Part shown: positions 24,447-34,660 of the stretch, piece by piece
How the letters are laid out: every line of letters starts with the position of its first letter
How positions within the stretch are numbered: the stretch's first letter is position 1
Assembly (NCBI GenBank): GCA_020027305.1
Contig: JAHRAM010000026.1
Span: 1 to 34,660 of the forward strand
Reading direction: 5' to 3'
DNA: 34,660 nucleotides
From: Acidimicrobiia bacterium
GTDB taxonomy: Bacteria; Actinomycetota; Acidimicrobiia; Acidimicrobiales; Hopanoidiivorantaceae
The notes under the pieces: model-generated
The model's input: the letters and a program-made list of their open reading frames with translations, nothing else
Told to the model about the DNA's origin: nothing
Database searches by the model: none
Program-made: the position numbers and the translations under genes

Positions 24447-27400
24447 ATGTTTAATAAATCCAAACAAACACCAAAACAAGTAGGGCAAAAAAGCCTATAT
24501 CACCCAAGCCTTGAACACGATTCTTGTGGTGTTGGATTTGTGGTGAACTTAAAGGGTGAAAAAAGCCATAAGATGCTACAAACTGGCATTAGCGCCCTTG
24601 TGAATCTGGAGCATCGGGGGGCACTTGGGTCAGACCCAGAAACTGGAGATGGGGCAGGCATCTTAATCCAAATCCCAGATAAGTTTTTTCGCCAAGCAGT
24701 TGATTTCCCCCTTCCTCCCGAAGGGCAATATGCTACAGGAATGGTATTTTTGCCAAACAACAAAAAAACCGCCAAGAAATATCAAACACGAATTGAAAAG
24801 ATGGCACTACAAGAGGGGTTTTCAGTTTTGGGGTGGCGGGAAGTTCCAGTCAATGCCGATATTTTGGGAGCAGGGGCAAAGCGGTCAATGCCGGCCTTTA
24901 CTCAAATATTTCTTTCGCTGGCAGGAGACCTTACAAATGACACTGACACCGATAATACAAATAGCGCTGCCACCGACAATATGGCACTTGAGCGAAAGGC
25001 ATTTCTGTTTAGAAAATATGTTGAAAACACCATCAGCGCTGAGCTGGCGGCAGAAGATTCTAAAAACACAAAAGATGAAATCCGCATGGGTGGAAACAGC
25101 CCAATACATAAGGGCATATATTTCCCCAGCCTGTCAGCAAAAACGTTCGTCTATAAGGGAATGTTAATCGCCACTCAGCTCTCCAATTTCTATACAGATT
25201 TAAACGATGAAGCAGTCGAAACATCTCTCACGTTGTTTCACAGCAGATTTTCCACGAACACATTTCCGAGTTGGCCTCTAGCTCATCCATATCGAGTGTT
25301 AGCACACAATGGCGAGATTAACACCGTTCAAGGAAATCAAAATTGGATGAGGGCAAGAGAAGAATTGCTCCATTCCCCTGAGTTGGGCGATGACTTGAAA
25401 AAGGCTTTTCCAATTTGTACTCCTGGAGCAAGTGATACTGCCCGCTTTGATGAATGCTTGGAAATGCTATATATGGGTGGCTATGAATTAGATGAAGCGG
25501 TGCTGATGATGATTCCAGAACCGTGGGAGCATCACGAATCTATGCCCAAAGACCAATTGGCGTTTTATAAATATCACGCTTCACTTATGGAGCCGTGGGA
25601 TGGCCCAGCTTCAATCGCTTTCACCAATGGGGAAGTTATCGGGGCAGTGCTTGATAGAAACGGTCTTCGCCCAAGTCGCTATTGGGTGACAAAAGACGAT
25701 ATGGTGATTATGGCATCTGAGGTTGGAGTAGTTGATGTGCCGCCCAAAGATATTATTGAAAAGGGGCGTCTCCAGCCTGGCAAGATGTTCTTTGTTGACA
25801 CCAAGCAAGGGCGAATAGTTAGAGATGGTGAAATCAAACAACGGCTGTCATCGGCTCGCCCATATAAAGAGTGGCTAGACAGCGAACAAATTACACTTTC
25901 TGATTTGCCTGCTGCAAATTCTTCAAACAATAAGGCAGGCGACTTAGAAACAAATAAGATTTCTTCTGACGAGCTGGCGACACTTCAGCGAACTTTTGGC
26001 TATACCTACGAAGAACTAAAACTGCTCATTGCCCCAATGGCTACTGATGGGGTAGAAGCACTTGGCTCAATGGGAACTGACACCCCAATAGCAGTGCTTT
26101 CAAATCGCCAACGGTTGTTGTTTGACTATTTTCAACAACTCTTTGCTCAGGTAACCAACCCACCCCTTGATGCTATTAGGGAAAAAATCGTCACTGCCAC
26201 ATTGGGATGGCTGGGCGGTGAGCGCAATTTATTAGACCCTCAGCCTGAGTCGGCTCGCCAAATTACAATTGAGCATCCAGTTCTCACGAACCAAGAACTT
26301 GTAAAAATCAAACAACTTAGCGCTGACGAGCCAGAATCTCAGACCGACAAAATGCAAACTGAAAATTCCCCATCCTCAAAATTCCAAGCTGCCACAATTC
26401 CCATTCTCTATAATGTTTCAGAAAGAGAAGCTGGGCTGAGAAATGCACTCACTGAACTCTGTGCCAAAGTTGATGAAGCAGTTGCTGGCGGAAAAAACAT
26501 CGTGGTGCTTTCAGATAGAGGAACCTCAAAAGATTTAGCTCCTATTCCTGCCCTGCTTGCCACCGGCGCCGTTCATCACCATCTCATTAGAAATAAAAAG
26601 CGAACCCGAATAGGGCTAGTCGTTGAAACTGGAGAAGCCAGAGAAATCCATCACTTGTGCCTATTACTTGCTTATGGAGCAACGGCTATCAATCCTTACC
26701 TAGCTTTTGAATCTATTTCTAATTTGGTCAAGCGAGGGAAGTATGGATTGACAGGCGACACTAAAACCGCACACAAAAACTACATAAAAGCAACCGACAA
26801 GGGGATTTTAAAAGTAATGTCAAAGATGGGAATATCAACTGTTCGTTCCTATGTCGACTCACAAATTTTTGAAGCTATTGGCTTGGGGGATGAATTGATT
26901 GAAGAGTTTTTCACTGGCACCCTAAGTCGCCTAGGGGGAATTGGGCTGGCAGAACTTGCTGAAGAATGTAGTCGCCGCCACAAACTGGCATACCCCGAAA
27001 ACCCAACTGAGCGAGCTCACCGAAACCTAAGCATTGGTGGAGAATATCAATGGCGGCGAGAAGGCGAATATCACCTGTTTAACCCTGAAACTGTTTTTAA
27101 GCTCCAGCACTCAACTAGGTCGGGGCGCTATGAAATATTTAAGCAATACTCAAAAAAGGTTGACGACCAAGCAAAAAACTTGGCAACCCTCCGTGGCCTG
27201 TTCTCTCTGAAAGAAGCCAAGCAACCTGTGCCACTTGAAGAAGTTGAGCCAACATCTGAAATCGTGAAACGATTTGCCACTGGGGCGATGTCATTTGGAT
27301 CAATATCAGCTGAAGCACATGAGACCCTTGCCATTGCAATGAACCGCATTGGTGGAAAATCAAATTCGGGCGAAGGTGGAGAAGATGCCAAACGATATGT

Positions 27401-29189
27401 TGCCGACAAAAATGGCGACTTTAGGCGGAGCGCGATTAAGCAAGCTGCCTCTGGGCGCTTTGGGGTCACTAGCCAATATTTAACTCAAGCTACCGACCTC
27501 CAAATCAAAATGGCACAAGGTGCAAAGCCAGGTGAAGGCGGGCAGCTCCCCGGCCACAAAGTCTGGCCGTGGATTGCCGATGTGAGACATTCAACACCAG
27601 GGGTGGGCTTGATTTCGCCCCCTCCTCATCACGACATTTATTCCATTGAAGACATTGCCCAACTCATCCACGACCTTAAAAACTCAAACCCGCTAGCACG
27701 CGTTCATGTAAAGCTGGTTTCAGAGCTGGGGGTTGGAACAGTTGCTGCGGGAGTTTCAAAAGCACACTCCGATGTAGTTTTAATTTCTGGGCACGATGGA
27801 GGAACTGGGGCAGCAGTGCTAACCTCAATCAAGCATGCTGGTACCCCGTGGGAGCTGGGGCTGGCCGAAACTCAACAAACGTTGGTGCTAAATGGGCTTC
27901 GCGACCGAATAGTAGTTCAAGTTGACGGGCAGTTAAAGACAGGAAGAGATGTCATTATCGCAGCCCTCTTAGGTGCTGAAGAATTTGGTTTTGCAACAGC
28001 TCCACTTGTTGTGATGGGTTGTGTGATGATGCGGGTCTGCCATCTTGACACTTGCCCAGTTGGGATTGCGACTCAAAACCCTGAACTGCGAGAGAAGTTT
28101 ACGGGCAAAGCCGAATTCGTGGTGAATTTCATGGAGTTCGTAGCAGAAGAAGTTCGTGAATATTTAGCAAGCCTCGGGCTTCGCTCAATTGATGAAGCAG
28201 TCGGCAGAGTTGACTTGCTAAACACAGAACAAGCGATTTCTCATTGGAAGGCTGGTGGGCTTGACCTTTCACCAATATTTTATATGCCCGAGCTCACAGC
28301 CGACGAGGCAAGATATTGCATTAGCAAACAAGACCATGGGCTAGAACGCGCCCTAGATGTTGAGCTAATTAAACTTAGCGAACCTGCCCTTTCACGAGGT
28401 GAAAAAGTTCACTTTAATACCGCAATCAAAAATGTTAATCGCACGGTCGGCACAATGCTTGGCAATGCGCTCACAAAGAAATGGGGAGCCGATGGCTTGC
28501 CCGAAGATACAATTTCAATTGACTTCAAAGGCTCGGCTGGTCAAAGTTTTGGGGCATTTTTGCCAAAAGGTATCACCTTGAAATTATATGGCGATGCCAA
28601 TGATTACACAGCCAAGGGGCTTTCAGGTGGAAAAATAATTGTGCGCCCTGACGAAGATGCTGAATTTATTGCACAAAACAATGTGATTTCTGGCAATGTC
28701 ATCGCTTATGGCGCAACCAGCGGGGAAATCTTTTTACGTGGCATTGTGGGCGAGCGATTTTGCGTTAGAAATTCTGGAGCCATTGCCGTGGTTGAGGGAG
28801 TGGGCGATCACGGGTGTGAATATATGACTGGAGGAAAGGCAGTTATTTTAGGTGAAACTGGGCGGAACTTTGGCGCAGGAATGTCTGGCGGAATTGCCTA
28901 TATCTATGATGAGCATAATAATTTTGCTAAGAACCTAAACGGAGAAATGGTAAATGTTGAGCCACTGGACGACATCGATATTGAGTGGCTAAAGGAAAGA
29001 ATAAACATGCACTTGCTTCATACCGATTCAGCAGTGGCAACGTATATTTTGGCACATTGGGATTCAACAATGGAAAAGTTTGTGAAAGTTCTGCCCCAAG
29101 ATCTCAAACGGGTGATGGAAGCTACAGCCGAAGCCGAAGCTAAAAAGGAAGATCCACTTGAGTTGATAATGAAAGCAGCACATGACTAG
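24447..29189 (+). CDS. gltB: glutamate synthase large subunit
   Basis: 1580-aa ORF. It has an Ntn amidotransferase N-terminus ([11 protein letters not shown]), a central domain, the FMN/3Fe-4S domain ([12 protein letters not shown], CxxxxxC context [13 protein letters not shown]) and a C-terminal GXGXG beta-helix ([11 protein letters not shown]). Confidence 0.97.
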   Translation: MFNKSKQTPKQVGQKSLYHPSLEHDSCGVGFVVNLKGEKSHKMLQTGISALVNLEHRGALGSDPETGDGAGILIQIPDKFFRQAVDFPLPPEGQYATGMVFLPNNKKTAKKYQTRIEKMALQEGFSVLGWREVPVNADILGAGAKRSMPAFTQIFLSLAGDLTNDTDTDNTNSAATDNMALERKAFLFRKYVENTISAELAAEDSKNTKDEIRMGGNSPIHKGIYFPSLSAKTFVYKGMLIATQLSNFYTDLNDEAVETSLTLFHSRFSTNTFPSWPLAHPYRVLAHNGEINTVQGNQNWMRAREELLHSPELGDDLKKAFPICTPGASDTARFDECLEMLYMGGYELDEAVLMMIPEPWEHHESMPKDQLAFYKYHASLMEPWDGPASIAFTNGEVIGAVLDRNGLRPSRYWVTKDDMVIMASEVGVVDVPPKDIIEKGRLQPGKMFFVDTKQGRIVRDGEIKQRLSSARPYKEWLDSEQITLSDLPAANSSNNKAGDLETNKISSDELATLQRTFGYTYEELKLLIAPMATDGVEALGSMGTDTPIAVLSNRQRLLFDYFQQLFAQVTNPPLDAIREKIVTATLGWLGGERNLLDPQPESARQITIEHPVLTNQELVKIKQLSADEPESQTDKMQTENSPSSKFQAATIPILYNVSEREAGLRNALTELCAKVDEAVAGGKNIVVLSDRGTSKDLAPIPALLATGAVHHHLIRNKKRTRIGLVVETGEAREIHHLCLLLAYGATAINPYLAFESISNLVKRGKYGLTGDTKTAHKNYIKATDKGILKVMSKMGISTVRSYVDSQIFEAIGLGDELIEEFFTGTLSRLGGIGLAELAEECSRRHKLAYPENPTERAHRNLSIGGEYQWRREGEYHLFNPETVFKLQHSTRSGRYEIFKQYSKKVDDQAKNLATLRGLFSLKEAKQPVPLEEVEPTSEIVKRFATGAMSFGSISAEAHETLAIAMNRIGGKSNSGEGGEDAKRYVADKNGDFRRSAIKQAASGRFGVTSQYLTQATDLQIKMAQGAKPGEGGQLPGHKVWPWIADVRHSTPGVGLISPPPHHDIYSIEDIAQLIHDLKNSNPLARVHVKLVSELGVGTVAAGVSKAHSDVVLISGHDGGTGAAVLTSIKHAGTPWELGLAETQQTLVLNGLRDRIVVQVDGQLKTGRDVIIAALLGAEEFGFATAPLVVMGCVMMRVCHLDTCPVGIATQNPELREKFTGKAEFVVNFMEFVAEEVREYLASLGLRSIDEAVGRVDLLNTEQAISHWKAGGLDLSPIFYMPELTADEARYCISKQDHGLERALDVELIKLSEPALSRGEKVHFNTAIKNVNRTVGTMLGNALTKKWGADGLPEDTISIDFKGSAGQSFGAFLPKGITLKLYGDANDYTAKGLSGGKIIVRPDEDAEFIAQNNVISGNVIAYGATSGEIFLRGIVGERFCVRNSGAIAVVEGVGDHGCEYMTGGKAVILGETGRNFGAGMSGGIAYIYDEHNNFAKNLNGEMVNVEPLDDIDIEWLKERINMHLLHTDSAVATYILAHWDSTMEKFVKVLPQDLKRVMEATAEAEAKKEDPLELIMKAAHD

Positions 29190-29209
29190 AGCTAGACAGA
29201 ACTAAAACA

Positions 29210-30673
29210 ATGGGCGACTCACACGGATTTTTAAAGTTTGGAAGAAAGCTCCCCGAAAAGCGCGATGCCAAAAAACGTTTAGGTGATTGGGAAGAGATTT
29301 ATAAGCCATTTGACCAAACCGAGCTTCAAACACAAGCAGCTCGCTGTATGGATTGTGGCATTCCATTTTGTAATAACGGTTGCCCACTTGGCAACCTTAT
29401 TCCCGATTGGAACGATTTAGTTTATGGCGACCTTTGGGAAGATGCCATCAACCGATTACATGCCACAAATAATTTTCCAGAATTTACTGGAAGGCTCTGC
29501 CCAGCTCCGTGTGAGGCAGCATGTGTGCTTGGCATCAACGAAGACCCTGTAACTATCAAACAAATTGAGCTAGACATTATTGAAAATGCATGGGATAGTG
29601 GCTGGGTAAAACCCGAGCTACCCGCTGAACAAACTGGCAAAAAGATAGCAGTGGTTGGCTCTGGCCCAGCTGGCTTGGCAGCAGCTCAGCAACTTACCCG
29701 AGCCGGGCACAGTGTAATTTGTTACGAAAGAGACGATCGCATTGGAGGCTTGCTTCGATATGGCATCCCCGAGTTTAAGATGGAAAAGAAATTTCTTGAC
29801 CGCCGATTAACACAGATGGAAGAAGAAGGAACGGTGTTTATAACAGACACTGAAGTCGGAGTTGACATTGAAGTAGAGCAGTTGAAAAATGATTTTGATG
29901 TAGTGGTGTTGGCAGGCGGAGCAACCCAAGCCAGAGATATTCCTATCCCTGGCAGAGAGCTAAAGGGCATCTATCAAGCGATGGAGTTTTTACCATTGGC
30001 AAATAAAGTCACACAAGGCGACCTTAACCAGCATCCATACTCAGCAAAAGATAAGGATGTAATAATTATCGGCGGGGGAGACACTGGGGCAGATTGTCTA
30101 GGCACTGTTCATAGGCAACGTTGTAAATCGGTTCACCAGTTTGAGATTATGCCTCGCCCTCCAGATGACCGAGCGCCTTCTACCCCATGGCCAACTTGGC
30201 CGCTCATGCATCGCACTTCGGGGGCACACGAAGAAGGTGGGGTTCGCGAGTTTTCAATTAACACGGTTGAGTTTGTGGGAAATGAAGCAGGCGAATTAAG
30301 CGCACTAAAAACCGTAGGCGTAGAACAAATCGTTGATGAAAATGGTATGCGGTTTGAACCAGTGGCAGGAACCGAACAAGATTATAAAGCCGACATAGTT
30401 TTGCTGGCGCTTGGGTTTACTGGCCCAGAGGCAAGCCCATTGATGTCTGAATTAGGAGTTAATCTCAACAATCGTGGAAATGTTGAACGCGATTCTGAAT
30501 GGATGACAAATGTTGAAGGAGTCTTTGTCTGTGGTGATATGGGCAGAGGGCAAAGCCTAATCGTTTGGGCGATTGCTGAAGGCAGGGCATGTGCTAATTC
30601 AGTAGATGAATGGCTAATGAAAGAATCGCTTTTGCCCGAACCGCTCACACCCACCCAAGTAGCACTTAGTTAA
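29210..30673 (+). CDS. gltD: glutamate synthase small subunit (NAD(P)H-dependent)
   Basis: 487-aa ORF with the Fe-S cysteine clusters CMDCGIPFC...GCPL and CPAPCEAACV and the dinucleotide folds VVGSGPAGLAAA and IIGGGDTGADC. Confidence 0.95.
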   Translation: MGDSHGFLKFGRKLPEKRDAKKRLGDWEEIYKPFDQTELQTQAARCMDCGIPFCNNGCPLGNLIPDWNDLVYGDLWEDAINRLHATNNFPEFTGRLCPAPCEAACVLGINEDPVTIKQIELDIIENAWDSGWVKPELPAEQTGKKIAVVGSGPAGLAAAQQLTRAGHSVICYERDDRIGGLLRYGIPEFKMEKKFLDRRLTQMEEEGTVFITDTEVGVDIEVEQLKNDFDVVVLAGGATQARDIPIPGRELKGIYQAMEFLPLANKVTQGDLNQHPYSAKDKDVIIIGGGDTGADCLGTVHRQRCKSVHQFEIMPRPPDDRAPSTPWPTWPLMHRTSGAHEEGGVREFSINTVEFVGNEAGELSALKTVGVEQIVDENGMRFEPVAGTEQDYKADIVLLALGFTGPEASPLMSELGVNLNNRGNVERDSEWMTNVEGVFVCGDMGRGQSLIVWAIAEGRACANSVDEWLMKESLLPEPLTPTQVALS

Positions 30674-30781
30674 CTTGAGGCTAAATAAATTAAGATAAAA
30701 AAACCGAGTTGCCATTGCTCTGCATTAATTTTTTATCTTTCTCGTTTCCAACCTTTCTAGTTTTAAGTCTTTCGGTTTTAA

Positions 30782-31693
30782 TTAAGGCCGCTTTGGAAAC
30801 TGCTCAAAATCGGGCGCTTGTTTTTTGACATAGCTATCTCGGCCATGTTGTGCTTCTTCAGTTTGATAATAAAGCAAGGTGGCATCGCCTGCCAACTGCT
30901 GAAGCCCAGCTGCTCCATCGTCAACAGCATTCATGGCAGCCTTAATCATGCGAATGGCAAGTGGGGAATTTTTCAAAATGCATTTCGCCCACGCAACGGT
31001 TTCAATTTCAAGTTCTTCTAGTTGAGCCACATGGTTTACAAGCCCCATTGAAAGGGCATCTTCGGCACTATATTGCGCGCACAAAAACCAAATCTCCCGT
31101 GCCTTTTTCTGCCCAACATTTTTTGCAAGCAGTGATGAACCATATCCCCCATCAAAAGAACCAACTCTTGGGCCAGTTTGCCCAAACACAGCATTGTCGG
31201 CAGCGATTGTAAGGTCACAAACAATATGTAAGATATGCCCACCACCGATGGCATACCCAGCCACCATCGCGATTATCGGTTTGGGGGTGCGCCGCATTTG
31301 TATTTGAAGATCTAAAACATTCAATCGCCCAATGCCTTTTTGCCCCAGCTCATCTTCTCCTAAATATCCATCATCGCCTCTAATCTCTTGGTCTCCCCCC
31401 GAGCAAAATGCCAAATCACCTTGCCCAGTTAGAATAATGACGCCAACCGACTCATCATCTCTTGCGCGGTTTAGAGCATCTGAAAGCTCAAAGAGAGTTT
31501 GAGGGCGAAAAGCATTCCTCCGCTCAGGGCGACATATTGTGAGCTTGGCGATTCCTTCTGCTGTTTCATATTTAATGTCGCTATAGTTTTTGAAATTTTC
31601 ACCGCTACCAGCATCCTGCCACTTTAGAGCGGGGCTGATACTGGTGTCTGCAGGGTCAGTTTTTCCCCTCGGAACAATCTTTTCAAAATCCAT
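30782..31693 (-). CDS. menB: 1,4-dihydroxy-2-naphthoyl-CoA synthase
   Basis: 303-aa crotonase-fold ORF with MenB-type motifs [19 protein letters not shown] and [11 protein letters not shown], plus the C-terminal [14 protein letters not shown]. Confidence 0.92.
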   Translation of the reverse strand: MDFEKIVPRGKTDPADTSISPALKWQDAGSGENFKNYSDIKYETAEGIAKLTICRPERRNAFRPQTLFELSDALNRARDDESVGVIILTGQGDLAFCSGGDQEIRGDDGYLGEDELGQKGIGRLNVLDLQIQMRRTPKPIIAMVAGYAIGGGHILHIVCDLTIAADNAVFGQTGPRVGSFDGGYGSSLLAKNVGQKKAREIWFLCAQYSAEDALSMGLVNHVAQLEELEIETVAWAKCILKNSPLAIRMIKAAMNAVDDGAAGLQQLAGDATLLYYQTEEAQHGRDSYVKKQAPDFEQFPKRP

Positions 31694-31886
31694 TTTTAGT
31701 GTTTACGTTTATTTTTACTATATCTTTCCAGTGCCTGTGTGTCATTGATTTGTGTGTTTAGTATTTGTGGGTATCAAGTGTTGCGCTTAATTTCTCGCCA
31801 GCTTCATTTCGAAGCACCCCTAAGCCTGGCACAGTTGGAACATAAATGTGTGCAGCAAGTATTGGCAGGGGGGTTGCGGTTGGGTT

Positions 31887-32870
31887 TTATAAAAACTTTG
31901 CAGTGTCAAACCCTGCGGGGGTTGTCTCTGCTCCCTCCAACACAGAGGCAAAATGAACAGCAGCTGCCAAGCCTATTTCGCCATCCATCGCAGAAGAGAT
32001 AACGATTTGCTTTGCCCCCAGCCGTAGCTGTTTTGCCTTTTGGTAAAGAACGGGCAAGTCGCCAAACCGAGTGGGCTTTATCACAACCACAGGAATTTCA
32101 TGTAAGTCAAGCAACGCGTCTAAATCTTGAAGTTGGGTACAGCTTTCATCTGCTGCTATGGGGATTGAAGTCTCGCGCCCGACTGCTGCCATTTCTTGCA
32201 GCCCGTGAACTGGCTCTTCAATATAAGAAATGTCATAAGGCTCAAAAAGCTCAAGAGCCATTGGGGCGGTTTCGGCGCAATAAGCACCATTGGCATCAAG
32301 AGAAAGCGGGATGTCGCCTGCCAGCTGTCGTACTGCGCGAATTCGCTCAAGGTCATCTGCCATTCCTAAGTCGTCAGCTAGGGGGTCGCCAACTTTTAGT
32401 TTGAGGGCGGGATGTTTGAGGGCAAGGGTGCGGCTAACCTCCAGGGAAAAACTATTTAGCGGAAGTTGAGGGAGCAACCCAATAACAGGAATTCGCTCAG
32501 CAGGGGGTCGGTCTTGAGTTATGAGATAGTTAAACGGACGTTCCATCTGTTGAGTTGCTATGTCGTTTGCTGCAATCTCTACTGGAACTCTAAAAGCTGG
32601 AATATGTGAAAAGGCGTTGACCGAAAGGTGGGCGCGATTGTGTATGAACTCAAGGTAGGCGTCTAACATATTTCGAAAGGCAACTGCATCAGGGTCAGCC
32701 CCTCCAACCACTTGGGCAGAAACTCCATTGCCTGTGAATTTCTTTATCGTGATTTTCACGCCAAAACCCTTGACATACATTACATCCCCTGCCTCAGTTT
32801 TGAATGGGTATTTCAAAGGCAGGCTATAGGGGAAAGCCCTGTATGAATTGGTGAGCAGTGGTGTAGCCAT
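31887..32870 (-). CDS. menC: o-succinylbenzoate synthase (enolase superfamily)
   Basis: 327-aa ORF with enolase-superfamily metal and base motifs: LKLKVG, SLDANGAY, YIEEP and IAADES. The menC call rests on its position between menB and a MenH-like gene. Confidence 0.75.
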   Translation of the reverse strand: MATPLLTNSYRAFPYSLPLKYPFKTEAGDVMYVKGFGVKITIKKFTGNGVSAQVVGGADPDAVAFRNMLDAYLEFIHNRAHLSVNAFSHIPAFRVPVEIAANDIATQQMERPFNYLITQDRPPAERIPVIGLLPQLPLNSFSLEVSRTLALKHPALKLKVGDPLADDLGMADDLERIRAVRQLAGDIPLSLDANGAYCAETAPMALELFEPYDISYIEEPVHGLQEMAAVGRETSIPIAADESCTQLQDLDALLDLHEIPVVVIKPTRFGDLPVLYQKAKQLRLGAKQIVISSAMDGEIGLAAAVHFASVLEGAETTPAGFDTAKFL

Positions 32871-33015
32871 TTTGTTTTATATATTTTAATACGCGAATAG
32901 ATTTTTTCTTTTCAGCGGGGGTGCTTTTCTTTTAATGCGTTTTGGTGGGATGTTTTCTTTTAACGGTTTTCAATTGGTTTGGGGTAAGTCGTGTCAATCT
33001 CTAACATAGGAATTC

Positions 33016-34122
33016 TTAACTTGATATGGAATCAATATGCGTAAGGAAATTTGAAATCAGGTTTCTAACAAGCACAGGCTTTTCAATGTGTGGAGCATGG
33101 CTAGTGTTGGCAATTGTTAAGTGGATGGCATCATCTAGTTTCATCTGCATTTCCTTTGCCTGATGACAAAACTTTTCATCTTCAGCACCCGTGATGAGCA
33201 GGCAAGTTGATTTTATATTTTTAAGTTTTTTATAGAGTGGCTTCATTTGCCCTGTTCCATATCCTTTCAGGCTTAGAGCAAGTTCTGTGGGATTGCCTTG
33301 AAGACGTTGTTTTTTGAGCGCTGCTTTTTGTTCTTCAGTTTGGGTTGAAAAAAGTGGTAGCTCAGTCCAGTCTTCAACAAACTGTGTAAAGTCAGATTCA
33401 ATCTTGGTCGCCAACTCAGCATCGCTTGCCTTTCTCAACTGGCGCTCTTTTCTGGTGGCAAGCCCAGCCGTGGCACTGATTAAAGTGAGCGACTTAATAT
33501 GGTGTGGATAACAAACCGCAAAATTTAGCGCCACTCTTCCACCCATTGAATATCCCAGCAGGTGAATTTTTTTAGTTCCTGAGTTTGTTTTGTCTTGCGT
33601 TTTATTTTCCTCTGGTTTGTCTTGTGTATTGGTGCCTAGTATTTTGCTTTCGTGCCTTTTATTTTTTGGTATTTTGCTTTCTTGCGGTTTATTTTCTTGC
33701 GGTTTATTTTCGTGTGATTTGTTTCTATGCTCGTTTTGTGTATCATTGTCGGTTTTAGCCTCACGCATATTTGTTTTAGAAAATGTAAATTCATTTATGC
33801 TTTGAGGTGTTTTATTTTCGAAAATATCGCCTAACAATAATAAGAGTTGTTTGTTTATTGAATTAAATGTGAAATAAGAATTGTTTGCCTTTTGGTTTCC
33901 CCTGTTCTTGTTGTTGCTGTTTTTATAGTAAGGGCTTTTATGTTCCTGGCTTTCATAGTGCTGACTTCTGTGGCCAGGCAATTCAATACAAAATGTTGGG
34001 CGATTGATGTCGGCGAGCTCAACCATATTTTCAGGCGATCCAGTAAATCCATGCAAAAGAACCAGCGGGGTAGCGCCACCAGCAGATTTATTTGTGATGT
34101 AGTTAATCGGCTGATGTTTCAT
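33016..34122 (-). CDS. menH: alpha/beta hydrolase, MenH (SHCHC synthase)-like, with low-complexity insertions
   Basis: 368-aa ORF. The oxyanion region is PLVLLHGFTGS and the nucleophile elbow is LLGYSMGG. The acid motif is ITGAEDEKF and the histidine motif is NTSHAPHIEKP. About 115 extra hydrophilic residues lie between LPGH and the nucleophile strand. Confidence 0.65.
   Translation of the reverse strand: MKHQPINYITNKSAGGATPLVLLHGFTGSPENMVELADINRPTFCIELPGHRSQHYESQEHKSPYYKNSNNKNRGNQKANNSYFTFNSINKQLLLLLGDIFENKTPQSINEFTFSKTNMREAKTDNDTQNEHRNKSHENKPQENKPQESKIPKNKRHESKILGTNTQDKPEENKTQDKTNSGTKKIHLLGYSMGGRVALNFAVCYPHHIKSLTLISATAGLATRKERQLRKASDAELATKIESDFTQFVEDWTELPLFSTQTEEQKAALKKQRLQGNPTELALSLKGYGTGQMKPLYKKLKNIKSTCLLITGAEDEKFCHQAKEMQMKLDDAIHLTIANTSHAPHIEKPVLVRNLISNFLTHIDSISS
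33639..33710. repeat. short tandem and direct repeats inside the menH-like insertion
   Basis: cttgcggtttatttt occurs twice in tandem (33681-33695, 33696-33710). gtattttgctttc recurs at about 33639 and about 33669. On the minus strand these encode ENKPQ-ENKPQ and ESKI(P/L). Confidence 0.8.
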
Positions 34123-34197
34123 AAATTTTCTTTCGCTTTATTTTTCAATTCTTCCACCGTATTTTTTCAAAAAGTTAGTCGCCATAAAATCATTTAT

Positions 34198-34407
34198 TCA
34201 TATCAAAGCACTTTTATGTATTAAATCATTTACCTGCGCCTTTATTTTTCGTCTCACATTCATGCTCTCTTGGATGGATGTTTGAAATTCAGCAATATTT
34301 ATTCCTGCTGGTTTTTCTGATTCCAAAAATTCCTTTAAGTCAGCAGCGCTTTCCAATAGGGAAGCATTCACATTTGGAAAAGAATTCAAAAATTGAAAAT
34401 CACCCAA
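34198..34407 (-). CDS. hypothetical protein (weak call)
   Basis: 69-aa ORF with a TTG start and no recognisable motif. It sits between the SDR remnant and the menH-like gene and may be non-coding. Confidence 0.25.
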   Translation of the reverse strand: MGDFQFLNSFPNVNASLLESAADLKEFLESEKPAGINIAEFQTSIQESMNVRRKIKAQVNDLIHKSALI

Positions 34408-34442
34408 ACCAGTTGGGGCAATAAATAGTTTTTCAAAAGTAT

Positions 34443-34637
34443 CTAAATTTTTCTCATCTGTATTTTTTTTCCGCCATCTGCCTCAATGAGCTTCACGGTT
34501 TCGGCCCCGCCCTCTTTGTTTAAGTCTGCCACAACAACATTTGCCCCTCGACTTCCAAAGAGTTTTGCAGTTGCTTGGCCGATGCCAGAGCCTCCGCCAG
34601 TCACGAGTGCTGTTTTGCCATTTAGTGAGTCTGTCAT
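34443..34637 (-). pseudogene. truncated short-chain dehydrogenase/reductase (N-terminal 64 codons only)
   Basis: It encodes KTALVTGGGSGIGQATAKLF...VVVADLN (a Rossmann TGxxxGIG motif) but stops after about 64 aa, just past an A8 run (T8 on the + strand, 34463-34470). No NNAG or YxxxK segment is found downstream in any frame I read. Confidence 0.55.
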
Positions 34638-34660
34638 TTTGTTTTTGCTCGTTCTATTCT

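Noticed and set aside
24700-25167. 155-aa alternative-frame ORF inside gltB
   Set aside because: It is embedded in a strongly conserved gltB reading frame and its peptide is low-complexity or basic with no motifs. It is a typical overlap artefact.
30701-30748. 11-bp inverted repeat aagataaaaaa / ttttttatctt between convergent gltD and menB as a bidirectional terminator
   Set aside because: The stem is almost purely A/T with a 27-nt loop, so the predicted stability is too low to call a terminator with confidence.
31739-32002. 87-aa plus-strand ORF in the menB-menC spacer
   Set aside because: It has a GTG start without an SD, overlaps the menC 3' end antisense, and gives a Leu/Gln/Arg-rich peptide with no motifs. 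It is probably spurious.

Overview
This 34.66 kb chromosomal segment reads as a compact, moderately AT-rich actinobacterial genome. That assignment is an inference from a MabA-like FabG, a mycobacterial-type four-domain RpsA, polA-rpsA adjacency and the FAS-II operon layout. Most content is housekeeping: a DUF3179 protein, HU, fabZ, a minus-strand fabD-fabH-fabG-acpP-fabF operon, tRNA-Leu(CAA), polA and rpsA. It continues with a dienelactone hydrolase, a short 3-hydroxyacyl-CoA dehydrogenase, a Zn-ADH, a membrane pyrophosphatase divergent from trkA-trkH-trkH, gltB-gltD, menB-menC-menH-like and a truncated SDR remnant. No transposase, integrase, CRISPR array or rRNA was seen. The one clearly accessory insert lies between trkH and gltB (about 21.16-24.30 kb). 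It is a roughly 1.5-1.6 kb tandem segmental duplication that carries a relic of the trkH 3' end. Each copy encodes a secreted or lipoprotein-like protein built from nine Cys/Trp-rich repeats (SGC ... WCW-x-DF-x-NPKK) that I cannot assign to any family. This is my best candidate for something undescribed. Secondary oddities are: (1) FabD fused to a degenerate lipoyl/biotinyl-like domain; (2) a MenH-like hydrolase with a large low-complexity insertion; (3) a 267-bp intergenic region packed with TTTCAA/TTGAAA motifs; (4) a K+-dependent-type pyrophosphatase signature next to the Trk operon; (5) an acidic repeat tail on S1; (6) a strong terminator abutting the fabZ start codon. All family assignments come from motif recognition by eye; no database search was possible.
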